Source of the DNA: an uncultured delta proteobacterium
GTDB lineage: Bacteria; Desulfobacterota; Syntrophobacteria; BM002
DNA: 64,000 bases
Direction of reading: 5' to 3'
Assembly: GCA_963712115.1 (NCBI GenBank)
Contig: CAVQGX010000033.1
Coordinates: forward strand, 1 to 64,000
Part shown: positions 19,842 to 31,134 of the stretch, piece by piece
Position numbering within the stretch: the stretch's first letter is position 1
Layout of the letters: every line of letters starts with the position of its first letter
Position numbers and translations under genes: made by a program
Notes under the pieces: model-generated
What the model was told of the DNA's origin: nothing
What the model saw: the letters and a program-made list of their open reading frames with translations, nothing else
Databases searched by the model: none

Positions 19842-21023
19842 CTAAACTAGGGCAGCGAGCCCCGGTAATGTTTTTCCTTCCAGGAACTCCAATGAAGCCC
19901 CGCCACCCGTGGAAATGTGCGAGATGGCTTCGGCCTGCCCTGAACGTTTTACCGCTGCCACCGAATCACCTCCTCCCACGACTGTCAGAGCTTTACTCTT
20001 AGCCAGGGCAATTGCGATGGCCATGGTGCCTGCGTCAAAGGGCTTTATTTCAAAGAGTCCCAATGGTCCATTCCAGAAAACAGTTCGGGCTCGAGCGATC
20101 TCACCTTCATATTTGGTAATAGTTTCCGGACCTACATCGAGACCCATTTTCCCTTCCGGTATCTCGCCTTTCACAATTTTTGCCTGGCTGCCCTCCTCTG
20201 CCTTGTCTGCGACTACATGATCGGTGGGCAAAAGCAAAGACAACCCCCGATCATCGGCAATTTGCAAAAGTTCGGCTGCCAAAGAAAGCTGGCTTTCTTC
20301 CACCAGTGATTTTCCCGTCTGGTGACCTTGGGCCCTAAGAAAAGTGTAGGCCATGGCGCCGCCGATGAGCAAGGCGTCAACCAGCTCCAGCAGGCTGCGG
20401 ATGACCTGTATTTTATCGGAGACCTTTGCGCCTCCAAGAATTGCCACAAAAGGGCGCTCTGGATTTGCCAAAACCCTGCCCAAATATTCGCACTCGCGTT
20501 GCAGCAGAAAGCCGGCTGCACGCTCGGCAACGAACTTCGCCATGCCCACTGTCGAGGCGTGTGCCCTATGAGCGGCACCGAAAGCATCGTTCACATAAAT
20601 ATCAGCCAGTTGGGCCAAACCTTTGGCAAAGTTTTCGTCATTTTCGCTTTCTTCCTTGTGGAAACGAAGGTTCTCCAAGAGCAGCACCTCACCGGGTCCC
20701 ATCTCGGCAATCATGCTCTCCACCTCCGGTCCCATACAATCCGGCGCCATCTTTACCTTCACTCTGAGCAATTCCGCCAAAGCCGAACTTACCGGCTTCA
20801 GGCTCAACTCAGGTTTCCTTTCGCCCTTGGGACGACCGAGGTGCGAAGCCAATATAACCTTGGCTCCCTGATTGAGAGCATAGCGAATAGTTGGTAATGC
20901 AGCTTCGATCCGGGTCCGATCTGCAACCCGCCCATCAGCCAGGGGCACGTTGAAATCCACTCGGATAAAAACTCGCTTGCCTTTTAGGTCGAGCTGATCG
21001 ATTACTTTGATGTCTTGAACCAT
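19842..21023 (-). CDS. pgk: phosphoglycerate kinase
   Basis: [29 protein letters not shown] and STGGGASLE motifs. Confidence 0.98.
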   Translation of the reverse strand: MVQDIKVIDQLDLKGKRVFIRVDFNVPLADGRVADRTRIEAALPTIRYALNQGAKVILASHLGRPKGERKPELSLKPVSSALAELLRVKVKMAPDCMGPEVESMIAEMGPGEVLLLENLRFHKEESENDENFAKGLAQLADIYVNDAFGAAHRAHASTVGMAKFVAERAAGFLLQRECEYLGRVLANPERPFVAILGGAKVSDKIQVIRSLLELVDALLIGGAMAYTFLRAQGHQTGKSLVEESQLSLAAELLQIADDRGLSLLLPTDHVVADKAEEGSQAKIVKGEIPEGKMGLDVGPETITKYEGEIARARTVFWNGPLGLFEIKPFDAGTMAIAIALAKSKALTVVGGGDSVAAVKRSGQAEAISHISTGGGASLEFLEGKTLPGLAALV

Positions 21024-21040
21024 GGTTTCAATCTCCTCTC

Positions 21041-21224
21041 TAGCCCGGATATTTCATAATTCGGCTGCTCCGACCGAGGATATGACCTTCCTTCCGGGCG
21101 TCCTCGCGTGTTGTACCCTGCGACGTACTTTTCAAGTACGCCTCGGATCCAACCCCCTGCGGTAGCCCGGCGGTTCGGCCATCTTCAAGGTCTCGCGACA
21201 CAGAATCATGAAATATCCTGGCTA
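21041..21224 (-). mobile_element. family A element, inverted copy
   Basis: TAGCCCGGATATTTCAT ... ATGAAATATCCTGGCTA with core ccctgcgacgtac..gtacgcctc. Confidence 0.7.
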
Positions 21225-21528
21225 ATGTAACATCGGGGCTATAAGGTTTCGTTTGACTCTATCTGTTTTGAGATAAAAGTCAATTCTAGAGTCAGGAGTC
21301 AGCATCAGGCATCGAGAATCTAGTATCCAGTATCCAGCATCTAGTATGTAAAAGTTAAAATTGCTGAGTCTCGGTATGGAAAACTTTCAGTATTTACGGA
21401 TTTAGGGTATACTTCCATGATTTTTCTTCTTGGTTCGCCCCGCAAATTCCAAAAATTTGTCTAGACAATCGGCTTACAACCCGGCTAAGAAGGTAGATGT
21501 GCAAATAGAAAAACAGGAAACTGAACCA

Positions 21529-22371
21529 ATGAATCCCAACGGTCAGAACCCAGATGTAGATGAATCTGCCATTGAACAGCCCATGTTATTGGCCTGGCCT
21601 TTCGCCACTGTGGGCAGGAAAGCGGTCGATTTGGTCAACAATCTCGGCGCTGCAGCCATCTTTCTTGCCAAAGCCTTTTTAATGATATTCCGTGTGAGGC
21701 AAATACCCGGAATCATCCAACAAGTCTACTATATCGGCGCCAGGTCCGTAACCATTATCATGCTGGTGGGCTTTTTCACCGGCATGGTACTGGGGCTTCA
21801 GTCCTACCATGCCCTGGTCAAATTCGGCGCCCAAGGAGCCCTGGGTACTTTAGTGGCCCTCTCCCTCATCAGGGAACTGGGACCTGTGCTCACAGCCATT
21901 ATGATTACCGCCCGGGCAGGCTCAGCTATGACCGCGGAGATCGGCATCCAGCGCATTTCCGAGCAGATCGATGCCTTGGATACCATGCGCATCGATCCGC
22001 TCAGGTTCTTGATCAGCCCCAGGATTGCCGCTTCGATTATCAGCTTCCCCCTGCTCACCGCGCTCTTCGACCTTGTTGGTATCCTTGGGGGTTTTCTCTC
22101 TGGTTGTGTGCTCTTGGGGGTGAATGCCGGCACTTACTTCCACCGGGTCCAGTCAAGCGTAGAGATGAAGGACATAACCGACGGCTTTATCAAAGCACTG
22201 GTTTTCGCTGTAATAGTTACGGTAGTCTGCTGTTACCAAGGGTATTTTACCCACACGCGCACAGACAGCTACGGTGCTAAAGGTGTCAGCCTTTCCACAA
22301 CTTCAGCCGTGGTGCTCTCCTGCGTGCTTATTCTTGTGGCGGACTATATTGTGACCTCTTTTCTCATTTAA
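21529..22371 (+). CDS. mlaE: MlaE family ABC permease
   Basis: RELGPVLTA, RAGSAMTAEIG and EQIDAL motifs; start uncertain. Confidence 0.92.
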   Translation: MNPNGQNPDVDESAIEQPMLLAWPFATVGRKAVDLVNNLGAAAIFLAKAFLMIFRVRQIPGIIQQVYYIGARSVTIIMLVGFFTGMVLGLQSYHALVKFGAQGALGTLVALSLIRELGPVLTAIMITARAGSAMTAEIGIQRISEQIDALDTMRIDPLRFLISPRIAASIISFPLLTALFDLVGILGGFLSGCVLLGVNAGTYFHRVQSSVEMKDITDGFIKALVFAVIVTVVCCYQGYFTHTRTDSYGAKGVSLSTTSAVVLSCVLILVADYIVTSFLI

Positions 22372-22470
22372 ACGAAGATTGAATAACGAAGTAGAAAATG
22401 CTGGAGTGATGGAGTGGTGGAGTGATGGAGCCTATGAAATCCCAAACTCCAAACACCAAATCTCAACGTT

Positions 22471-22536
22471 TCAGGTGTCAGGTTTCAGGAAAAAGAAAAA
22501 TCAAGAGGAAAACCTGAAACCTGAACACTGAAACCT
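22471..22536. repeat. family D inverted repeat (TCAGGTGTCAGGTTTC / GAAACCTGAACACTGAAACCT)
   Basis: The same arms recur at 38914-38995 and 53463-53529. Confidence 0.75.
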
Positions 22537-22661
22537 CGCTGGCAAAACCATAGAAATTTGACCCCCGCACAGCGGGATCTTCGACCGGCCCAAAGGACCA
22601 GGTTTTCTATGATTCAATAAATGAGCATACTCTGTCTGTGGAAAGTAGAGGTGGAAAACCA

Positions 22662-23120
22662 ATGAGAAAGTACGCTATGGAGACAACGGTGGGCATTTTC
22701 GTCGTTATCGGACTGCTCTGCATAGGATACATGACCGTGAAGCTGGGCAATATAGGACTTTTCGGCGACAACTCCTATCCAATTATTGCTCGCTTCACTT
22801 CAGTATCCGGCCTCAGAGATGGCAGCGCCGTACAAATGCTCGGCATTGAGATAGGACGGGTGGAAAAACTCACCATGGACCAGGAAAAGCAGGTGGCGGT
22901 GGTGGAATTCAGAATCAAGCAAGGCATTAAAATTTACGACGACGCCATAGCCTCCATCAAAACTGAGGGACTGATCGGCGACCGATACGTCAGCATCGAT
23001 CCCGGGGGAGGCTCGGATGAACTACTTAAACCGGGAGGAGTAATCACCGAGACCGAGTCGCCCACCGACATCCAGGAACTCATAAGTAAATATGCCTTCG
23101 GGGACGTTCAGAAGAAGTAG
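22662..23120 (+). CDS. mlaD: lipid asymmetry maintenance protein MlaD
   Basis: ETTVGIFV TM, SGLR..AVQMLGIEIGRV and TEGLIGDRYVSIDPGG motifs. Confidence 0.92.
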   Translation: MRKYAMETTVGIFVVIGLLCIGYMTVKLGNIGLFGDNSYPIIARFTSVSGLRDGSAVQMLGIEIGRVEKLTMDQEKQVAVVEFRIKQGIKIYDDAIASIKTEGLIGDRYVSIDPGGGSDELLKPGGVITETESPTDIQELISKYAFGDVQKK

Positions 23121-23332
23121 GCTGTGGAAATACGAATGGGGCCTGAGGAACAGGCTTTGGGCTGCTCCCAAGAGAACGGCTGAAGGCACAGGGTACAGGG
23201 CTCAAGGTAGAAACCAAAAACTTATCCTGCACCTTAATGCCTTGCGCCTTGAATACCTGCTGGGCCGGCAAAGCCATTGGACTTGATTTGCCAGAGGACC
23301 AGGTTTTCTATGACTACATAAAGGGGTGAACA

Positions 23333-23926
23333 ATGAGAACAGTACTACCAGGGTTATTGATTCTAATGCTTTTCATTTCCCCGCCGCACGCTGAGGCTGG
23401 TCTACCACTTGACACTGTAGAGGGACATGTAAACAATGTGCTCGACGTTCTTCGTGATCCAGCCCTGCAGGGCGAAGCCAACAAAGAGGCCAAAGAGAAG
23501 AAAATCGAGTCCATTGCGGACCAGATGTTTGACTATGTTGTCCTTTCACGGCTGACCCTTGGGCGAGGTTGGAAAGAATTCAACAAAGAGCAGCAAAAGG
23601 AATTCGTCAGTCTGTACCGCTCTATCCTGGAAAAGGCTTACATGGACAAGATCCTCGCTTACACCGACGAGAAGGTGCTCTTTGATAAAGAAATGATGCT
23701 TTCAGAAGATAAGGCCGAAGTACAAACCAAAATTATTACCAAGTCTACCGAGATCCCCATCAATTACAGGTTGTATTTGAAAGACGGACAATGGAGAGTG
23801 TATGACGTAATTATTGAGGGCATCAGCCTGATCAAAAACTACCGCACCCAGTTCAGAGAAATCCTTGCCAACAACCCGCCCGAGGAAGTGCTCAAGATCC
23901 TGCGGGAAAAAACAGGTGAAGCTTAG
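23333..23926 (+). CDS. mlaC: MlaC/Ttg2D periplasmic shuttle
   Basis: Signal peptide; WRVYDVIIEGISLIKNYRTQF motif. Confidence 0.92.
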   Translation: MRTVLPGLLILMLFISPPHAEAGLPLDTVEGHVNNVLDVLRDPALQGEANKEAKEKKIESIADQMFDYVVLSRLTLGRGWKEFNKEQQKEFVSLYRSILEKAYMDKILAYTDEKVLFDKEMMLSEDKAEVQTKIITKSTEIPINYRLYLKDGQWRVYDVIIEGISLIKNYRTQFREILANNPPEEVLKILREKTGEA

Positions 23927-23973
23927 AGCGGAAAATACAGCCGGAATCTCAACCAACAGTGAGCGGTAATCTC

Positions 23974-25412
23974 ATGAAGTCATTCTCATGTCTCATTTTG
24001 GCCATTGCTCTATTTTCATTCGGCTGCGCTCACAACAGTACTTCTTCCTTGTCTCTCTCCTCTACAGCCCCCCAGCTGCAAGAATCAGAGCTCAAGCTTA
24101 CGGCAAACCCCGAAGAGAGACCGCTACCCCCGGAGGAAATTACTCCGGAACAGAGTTCATCACGACCAGAGGACCTAGGGCAGGTCAGGAGCCACCTGCA
24201 ACAGAGGAGGCAAAGGAAGGGCAGGATCCAACGGCTTCAGAAAAGGTATCGGACGATTTGTCGGACGAGGACCTCAAGTTTGAAGAAGAGCTGGATTTTT
24301 TGGAGGAAGAGGGGGAAGAGGTAGTAACCATCGCCGATCCCCTAGAACCTTTCAATCGTGCTGTTTTTCACTTCAATGACAAGCTCTACTTCTGGTTTCT
24401 CAAACCTGCAGCGCGAGGTTACAACTACGTCTTTCCCGAAGATCTTCGCATCTGCGTGCGCAACTTCTTTGTCAACCTCTTGTTTCCCGTTCGTTTCGTC
24501 AACTCCATTCTCCAGGGCAACTTCAGAGGTGCTGGAATAGAACTCTCACGCTTTATGGTCAACAGCACCCTCGGCCTCGGAGGTCTTTTCGATCCTTCCT
24601 CGAGAGGGCTAAACCTCCCCATGCAGGACGAGGACCTGGGACAGACTTTGGGTGTCTACAGGATGGGACACGGTGTTTTCCTCACTGTGCCGGTATTGGG
24701 TCCTTACACCGTCCGCTCCTTGCTGGGATGGGTTGGAGATACTTACCTTGACCCCGTCACCTGGTACGTCGACCCCTTGCTGTGGCGTTGGGGGGTAAAG
24801 GGATATAAGAAATTCAATGAGGTATCTCTCACCCTGGGGGATTACGAGGCTCTCAAGGAGGCGGCCATCGATCCTTATGTGGCCATCCGCAACGCCTACG
24901 TCCAGTACCGCAATACCAAGGTGAAAGAAAGGGGAGTATTTCCCGAAAAGGCACCGCCAGTGGAAGTCTACTCCAGCAAACCTGAGATTCAAAGGGTCAG
25001 CAATGACTATTTTACCGCTGAGCTCGAGCCCCAACTCAAAGAGGGCCAGGGGTTTTTCTCAACCTTCCGTTTTGTCCTCACCAACAAAACAAACCAGGAG
25101 CTGAGTCTTGATTGGGAAAACTCATACTATCTCTTCAACGGCCGGAGAAATGGCCTCTTCCTCTGGGAGGGTGTTACCTGGGATTCACTGAAGGAAATAA
25201 GAAGCCAACCCCTTGTGCTGGTTGCCCCGGGAAGTACCTTCACGAAAGTAATCTTTCCTGCAGCCTTGGTGGGCAGAGCATCAATCATGATCAAAGGAGG
25301 CGTCCAGTACACCCAGGGAGCCCTGCCTGAGGGAGAAAACGGCATAGCACTGGTGGTCAGACAGGATGGCAAAGTTATAAGTGAAAAAATGGTGGTCACC
25401 ATAAGCAAGTAG
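23974..25412 (+). pseudogene. mlaA: MlaA/VacJ lipoprotein with C-terminal extra domain, frameshifted near 24180
   Basis: The signal and lipobox (MKSF...SFGC) lie in one frame and the DPLEPFNR...EDLGQTLG...DPYVAIRNAY core in another. One extra base at GGG 24178-24180 would join them. May be a sequencing error. Confidence 0.75.
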
Positions 25413-25510
25413 TATCGGCATGGAGCAAAGGGCATAGGGAAGGAGCCAGGAGTAGAATCCAGGATTCAGGAGAAAAGCAATCAAGATTGACTTCATCTGA
25501 GCTACGCCTC

Positions 25511-25615
25511 TTGAACAGCAGCAATGTCGAACAAGGAATTTCGAATATCGAATATCACTTCATCATTCTGCGGTTCCTTGTTCTGCTATTCGACATTCAG
25601 TACTTTGAACCATCT
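25511..25615 (+). repeat. family E intergenic repeat
   Basis: Matches the reverse complement of 38728-38873 apart from a ~40-bp insert there. Confidence 0.8.
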
Positions 25616-25808
25616 CTGACTCCTGACTCCTTACTCTATGCCCCATGCCTAGTTAGCCTCGGGCCGCCAATCCAGCCTTGTCTGGGAACATATAATCCGC
25701 TATAGTCACAATATATTACCTGTCTGGATGTAACAATCCTCCGGCAAACCAGTAATATGATAATCCCTACAGGTTAGGGTAAAGTGTAGGATTAATCGAG
25801 ATTAGCAG

Positions 25809-26420
25809 ATGAAAACACCTTCAACCATAGCCTGCCACGAGTGTGACCTCCTTTATGAACTTCCACCTCTGCCGGAGGGAAGCGTGGCCAAATGTTCTCG
25901 CTGCGGGGCGGTATTGCAACGCCACAAGCGAGACAGCCTGGATCGTACCTTGTCATGGACCATTGCCGGGCTGATTTTGTTTGTTGTTGCCAACGCTTTT
26001 CCCTTTCTGGCCCTCAAGAGTGGCGGCCTGGTACGGCAGACTACCCTGATAACAGGCGTAGTAGAGCTCTACAAACAGGATATGCGGAGTGTGGCGGTGG
26101 TTGTCTTTCTTACCGCCATTTTGTTTCCTGTGGTCCAGCTTGCAGGGATGCTCTACCTGCTGCTGCCGCTGAAGATCAAGCGGCTGCCCTGGTGGAAGCC
26201 CGCTTTGGTTTTTCGCTTCATCCGAAGTCTTCAGCCCTGGGCAATGATGGAGGTTTTCATGGTGGGCATCCTGGTTTCCATGGTCAAACTGGCTAAATTG
26301 GCAAAGGTTGTCCCTGGTATCGCCATTTACTCCTTTGCCATACTCATCTTCGTCTTGGCCGCGGCTGCTGCATCCCTGGATCCCCATCTTGTCTGGGATA
26401 GATTGGAGATAGATAGTTGA
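25809..26420 (+). CDS. pqiA: paraquat-inducible protein A, N-terminal half gene
   Basis: CHEC / CSRC zinc-ribbon motifs and PWAMMEVF. Confidence 0.9.
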   Translation: MKTPSTIACHECDLLYELPPLPEGSVAKCSRCGAVLQRHKRDSLDRTLSWTIAGLILFVVANAFPFLALKSGGLVRQTTLITGVVELYKQDMRSVAVVVFLTAILFPVVQLAGMLYLLLPLKIKRLPWWKPALVFRFIRSLQPWAMMEVFMVGILVSMVKLAKLAKVVPGIAIYSFAILIFVLAAAAASLDPHLVWDRLEIDS

Positions 26421-27055
26421 AGGAAGGATTCGCCACAGCTCTAGAGAAATCACTGGTTGGCTGCCATAGCTGCCATCTGGTGAGTAAAGCCACAGCGGTT
26501 CATGGTAAGGGAGAGATGATGTGTCCCCGGTGCGGTTCGGTGTTGCACCAGCGCAAACCCCGCAGCCTGTCAAGAACCTGGGCCCTGGTTATCGCTGCCT
26601 TTATCTTCTACATCCCCGCCAATGTGCTTCCCATTACCACAGTGATTTCTTTGGGCCACGCCCAATCGGACACCATTATGAGCGGGGTTATTTACTTCAT
26701 CCTCACCGGCATGTGGCCCATAGCCCTGGTCATTTTTGTTGCCAGCATCTTTGTTCCCCTGGTGAAACTTTTAATTCTCACCTTTTTACTTATTTCCGTT
26801 CAGCGCAAATGGCAATGGCGGCCAAAGGACCGCACCCGCTTGTACCGCATAACCGAGGCGATTGGTCGTTGGTCCATGACGGATATTTATGTGGTTACCA
26901 TTCTCGTGGCCCTGGTCAAGCTGGGTGGTTTGGCAACCATCGAGGCCGAGCCCGGGGCAATTTTCTTTGCGGCAGTGGTGGTGACCACCATATTTGCCGC
27001 CATGAGCTTTGATCCCAGGCTCATATGGGATTCCATGGAGACAAATCATGAATGA
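26417..27055 (+). CDS. pqiA: paraquat-inducible protein A, second half gene
   Basis: CHSC / CPRC, YIPANVLP, IGRWSMTD and FDPRLIWD motifs. Confidence 0.9.
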   Translation: MKEGFATALEKSLVGCHSCHLVSKATAVHGKGEMMCPRCGSVLHQRKPRSLSRTWALVIAAFIFYIPANVLPITTVISLGHAQSDTIMSGVIYFILTGMWPIALVIFVASIFVPLVKLLILTFLLISVQRKWQWRPKDRTRLYRITEAIGRWSMTDIYVVTILVALVKLGGLATIEAEPGAIFFAAVVVTTIFAAMSFDPRLIWDSMETNHE

Positions 27056-28684
27056 GCAAGATAGCGGCAGCGGAACTCCTTCGGCCACACCCGAAGCGAT
27101 TGTCCAAACCAAGAAAAAATTCTCTTTCTCAATTGTCTGGCTCGTGCCGGTGGTGGCTGCTCTGATCGGTGGCTGGCTGGTGTACAAGGCTTATCCGAGA
27201 AAGGGCCCACCATCACCATAACCTTCGCGACCGCCGAAGGGCTGGAGGCCGGCAAGACCAAGATCAAGTACAAGGATGTGGAGGTCGGCCAGGTTGAATC
27301 TATCGATCTCGTTAAAGACCTCTCCCACGTCATTGTCACCGCAGAGTTGAACAAAGGAGCAACTCCATATCTCACCGAGAACACGCGGTTTTGGGTGGTC
27401 CGGGCCAGGGTGGCCGCCGGCGGGGTCTCCGGTTTGGGAACTCTTTTTTCCGGCGCCTATATCGGCATCGACCCCGGCAAACCCGGCAAGCCGACTCGCT
27501 CTTTTAAAGGGCTGGAGATACAGCCAATCATAACTACCGGTCTACCCGGTGCCCATTTCATGTTGAAGGCGGAAACACTCGGCTCCCTGGACATCGGCTC
27601 ACCGGTTTACTACCGGCAGATCAAGGTGGGACAGGTTGTGGCTTACGAGCTCGAGAAAGACGGTAAAGCTGTGGATATCAAGATCTTTATCGACGCCCCC
27701 CATCACCAGGCCGTTCGGCAAAATACCCGCTTCTGGAACGCCTCGGGGCTGGATGTAGTCCTTGACGCCAGTGGTATCAAGGTCAACACCGAGTCTTTTG
27801 TCACCATGATGGTCGGGGGGATTGCCTTCGATACCCCAACCAATCTCGAGCCTGGTGGTCAGGCTGAAGAGGGGGCCATCTTTAAGTTGTACGAAAGCCG
27901 CGCGAAGATTTTTGAGAAGGCCTATGCGGAGAGGAAGCCGTGGCTAATGTACTTCGATGGTTCGGTAAGGGGTCTTGCTGTTGGGGCGCCGGTGGAATTA
28001 CAGGGAATTAGAATCGGAGAGGTCACCGATATAACATTGGAATTCGATCAGGAAAAGATGGCCTTTCGCATCCCTGTTTTGATTGAGGTGGAACCAGAAA
28101 GGATTAAATTTATTGAAAGGAAAACAGAGCCCTCTCCTCTGGACAGGAAACGTGGTATGGATATCCTGGTGGAGAAGGGTCTCAGGGCACAGCTCAAAAC
28201 GGGTAGCCTCTTGACCGGGCAACTATTAGTTAGTCTGGACATGTACCCCGAGGCACCTCCTGCAAAGATCAACTGGGATGGGAGGTATCCTGAACTGCCC
28301 ACTATACCAACACCTATGGAGGAGATAACCAGAAGTGTAACCAGAATCGTCGAAAAGTTTGAGAAGTTGCCGCTGGAGCAGATTGGCAAAGACCTCCGGG
28401 ACACCATGCAGAACTTGAACAAGACCACAGGTGATTTGCAAAAGCTGGTACAGAATCTCGATGCCAGTGTTGTGCCAGCAGCCAACGCCACCCTGGAACA
28501 GACTCAGAAGACACTGATTAAAGTGGACAGGCTGTTGAATGCAGACTCGCCCACCGGTCACGAATTGAAACGGGCCCTGGGAGAGCTTGCCGATGCGGCG
28601 CGCAATATCAGCATTCTGATGGAATACCTTGAACGGCATCCGGAGTCCGTGGTTTTCGGAAAGGAAAAGGGCAATGAAAAATAG
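27048..28684 (+). pseudogene. pqiB: PqiB (multi-MCE), frameshifted near 27190
   Basis: SIVWLVP..GGWLVYKA in one frame continues as LSEKGPTITITF..AEGLEAGKT in another. One T is missing in GCTTATCC. Confidence 0.8.
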
Positions 28685-29289
28685 AGCATCTTTGGGGAAC
28701 ATGGGCTGGGCTTTATTGCTTGTAGCCTTTTTGCTTGCCGGCTTGCAGCAGTAGCCCTCCTGTGCGGTTTTATAACCTCAACTCCTTGCCTAGTGGGCAG
28801 CAGGAAAATCCTCCTGTGCTCCCAGGTGAAGACATCGCTATAGGCGTCGGGCCGGTGGAGTTTCCAGCGTTTCTGGACCGGCCGCAGATCGTCACCAGAA
28901 AAAGCCAAAACCAGGTCGAGATAGCCGAATTCCATCGGTGGGCCTCTTCCTTGCCTGGAGATTTCTCGCGAGTTCTAGCAAAGAATATTTCCACTCTCCT
29001 GCCGACGGACCGGGTGGCTGTATATCCCTGGGATGATACCTTCTCTCCCACCTATCAGGTAAAGCTGGATGTGGAGCAGTTTGACGGCCAGTTGGGTGAG
29101 CGCGTATTTCTTCGCGTCATCTGGTCGCTGGTGGGTCAAGAGGGGATGAAGGAACTGGTGGTGCGAAAAACTCTCATAGAAGAACCGGTACTAACCAACG
29201 ACTATAACGGGCTGGTTGCGGCCCAGAGCAACGCTTTAGCTACCCTCAGCCGGGAAATAGTCGAGGAAATAAGAAAGTTGGGGATATAA
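28674..29289 (+). pseudogene. pqiC: PqiC lipoprotein, frameshifted at the lipobox near 28743
   Basis: ATG 28674 gives MKNRASLGNMGWALLLVAFLLAG, out of frame with CSSSPPVRFY...LDRPQIV...HRWA. Removing one base restores an LAGC lipobox. Confidence 0.75.
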
Positions 29290-29299
29290 GTTCGCAGTA

Positions 29300-30512
29300 A
29301 TGAATCAACCCCTCATTCAGTTTGACAACGTTTATAAGAGGTTCGGGGCCAACCAGGTCCTGAATGGGGTCAATCTATCCATCTACCAGGGGGAGATCAC
29401 CACTATTATAGGCATGAGCGGCATGGGAAAAAGCGTGCTGCTAAAACACATCATAGGTCTCCTTAAACCAGATTCTGGTAGAATTCTCTATCAGGGACGT
29501 CCCCTTTATGAAATGAAAAGGGCTGATATTGATAAGCTGAAAGCCAGATTCAGTTATGTCTTCCAGGATACCGCCCTTTTTGACTCCATGTCCGTTTATG
29601 AGAACATCGCCCTGCCTCTGAAGGAAGCCACATCCCTGCCCAAAGGGGAGATCCGCACACGAGTCCAGGACAAAATGAAGTTGTTTGACCTGGAAGGGAT
29701 CGACCAGAAATATCCCAGCCAGTTGTCCGGAGGCATGAAAAAACGCGTGGCCCTGGCGAGAGCCCTGGTGACTGAACCGGAGATTGTTCTTTTCGATGAG
29801 CCAACCACAGGTCTCGACCCCATAAGAAAAAGCGCTGTCCACAGCATGATCTCCGACTACCAGAGGAGGCTAGGGTTCACTGGGGTGGTGATCAGCCACG
29901 ATATACCTGATATCTTTTACATCTCCCAGCGGGTGGCCATGCTGGATGAGGGGAAAATCCGGTTCGAAGGCAGCCCTGAGGAGATCCAGCAGGCCTCTGA
30001 CGAGATCGTGCAGCAGTTCATCCAGGGTTTGGAAACTCCTCACGACGCTCTCACCGGAACGGCCTCTCAGGCTCAAGGGGAGAGGAAGATTTCAAGAAGA
30101 GATGGCCCGTCTGCAAAGCCAACATATTACTTTTTCCCTTATTTCATTCGCTGTGCAAAATCTGGATGAAGTCAATGAGAAGCTCGGGCATGTGACAGGC
30201 CAGACCGTGGTCAAGAACCTCGCCTCCCAGGTGAAGCAACGGCTCGAGATCACCGATACCTGCTCACGTTACGGCATGGATAAGATCATGGTAGTCCAGC
30301 ACAACGCCAAGATGGATAAGGCCCGGAAGTTTTGCATCAAATTAGCCAGGGAGTTGAGGGTATGTGATTTTATCGAGGGTGAATGCCAACCCGGGCTGAA
30401 TTTATGGATTACAGCTGGATTCGCCGAAGCCCAGGAAGGAAGCCCGTTGAAAGAGGTACTTGCGAACGCGGAATCTAAAGACAGCACCTACTTTGAATTT
30501 CGTATCGAGTAG
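29300..30512 (+). CDS. MlaF-type ABC ATPase fused to a degenerate GGDEF domain (+1 frameshift near 30085)
   Basis: GMSGMGKS, LSGGMKKR and FDEPT, then HDALTG (GGDEF domain start). It continues in the +1 frame as ...LGHVTGQTV...RYGMDKI...TAGFAE. Confidence 0.75.
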
Positions 30513-30692
30513 CCCGGATATTTCGTGAATTGCTGTCGCGAGACCGCGAAGATGGTCGTACCACCTGGCAACCGCAGGGTGTTGGTTCCGAGGCGTACCT
30601 GAACGGTACGTCGCAGGGACCGACATCCGAGGACGCCAGGAAGAACGGCCATATCCGTGGTCGCAGCAAGTGATTAATGAAATATCCGGGCT
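30510..30692 (+). mobile_element. family A element
   Basis: AGCCCGGATATTTCGT ... ATGAAATATCCGGGCT; the left end overlaps the TAG stop of the upstream gene. Confidence 0.75.
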
Positions 30693-30720
30693 TAGCTCAG
30701 CACTATAGTGGAGGCTCACT

Positions 30721-31131
30721 GTGGCGAACAACCTTTCCATCTCGTTTCATAACGACATGCAGGAGTTGACTCATGTGCTTCAGGTGGTGAACGTCTTTCT
30801 GGAACCTCGAGAGTTACAGTCCAAGCTAGTCTACGCGGTAAACCTCATTCTGGAAGAGATTCTCGTGAATATCATCAAATATGGATACGACGATGAGGAT
30901 TCACATGAGATTGAGGTTAAGATCGGGGTGGAGGAGGAAGTTGCCTTAACAGTCATAGACGACGGCAAGGAGTTTAACCCCCTCACTGTCCCCCCGCCGG
31001 ATCATTCCAAATCCGCTATGGACCGCATTGAAGAAGGTCTGGGGTTGCAATTCGTCCGGCACATGAGAAACGCCATGGAGTATCGCCGGGAAGGGGATAA
31101 GAATATACTACGCATCTGGATTTTTGTTTAA
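30721..31131 (+). CDS. RsbW-like anti-sigma factor / HATPase protein
   Basis: LEEILVNIIKYGY, DDGKEFNP and GLGLQFVR motifs. Confidence 0.88.
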   Translation: MANNLSISFHNDMQELTHVLQVVNVFLEPRELQSKLVYAVNLILEEILVNIIKYGYDDEDSHEIEVKIGVEEEVALTVIDDGKEFNPLTVPPPDHSKSAMDRIEEGLGLQFVRHMRNAMEYRREGDKNILRIWIFV

Positions 31132-31134
31132 CCT

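Noticed and set aside
22540-22610. c-di-GMP-I riboswitch-like start (GGCAAAACC...GAAA)
   Set aside because: The P2 stem does not pair and the GACGCAAAG junction is absent. The sequence belongs to the GGACCAGG repeat.
25809-27055. pqiA split as another frameshift
   Set aside because: Two-gene pqiA is common; each half has its own Cys motifs and the genes overlap by 4 nt with an SD.
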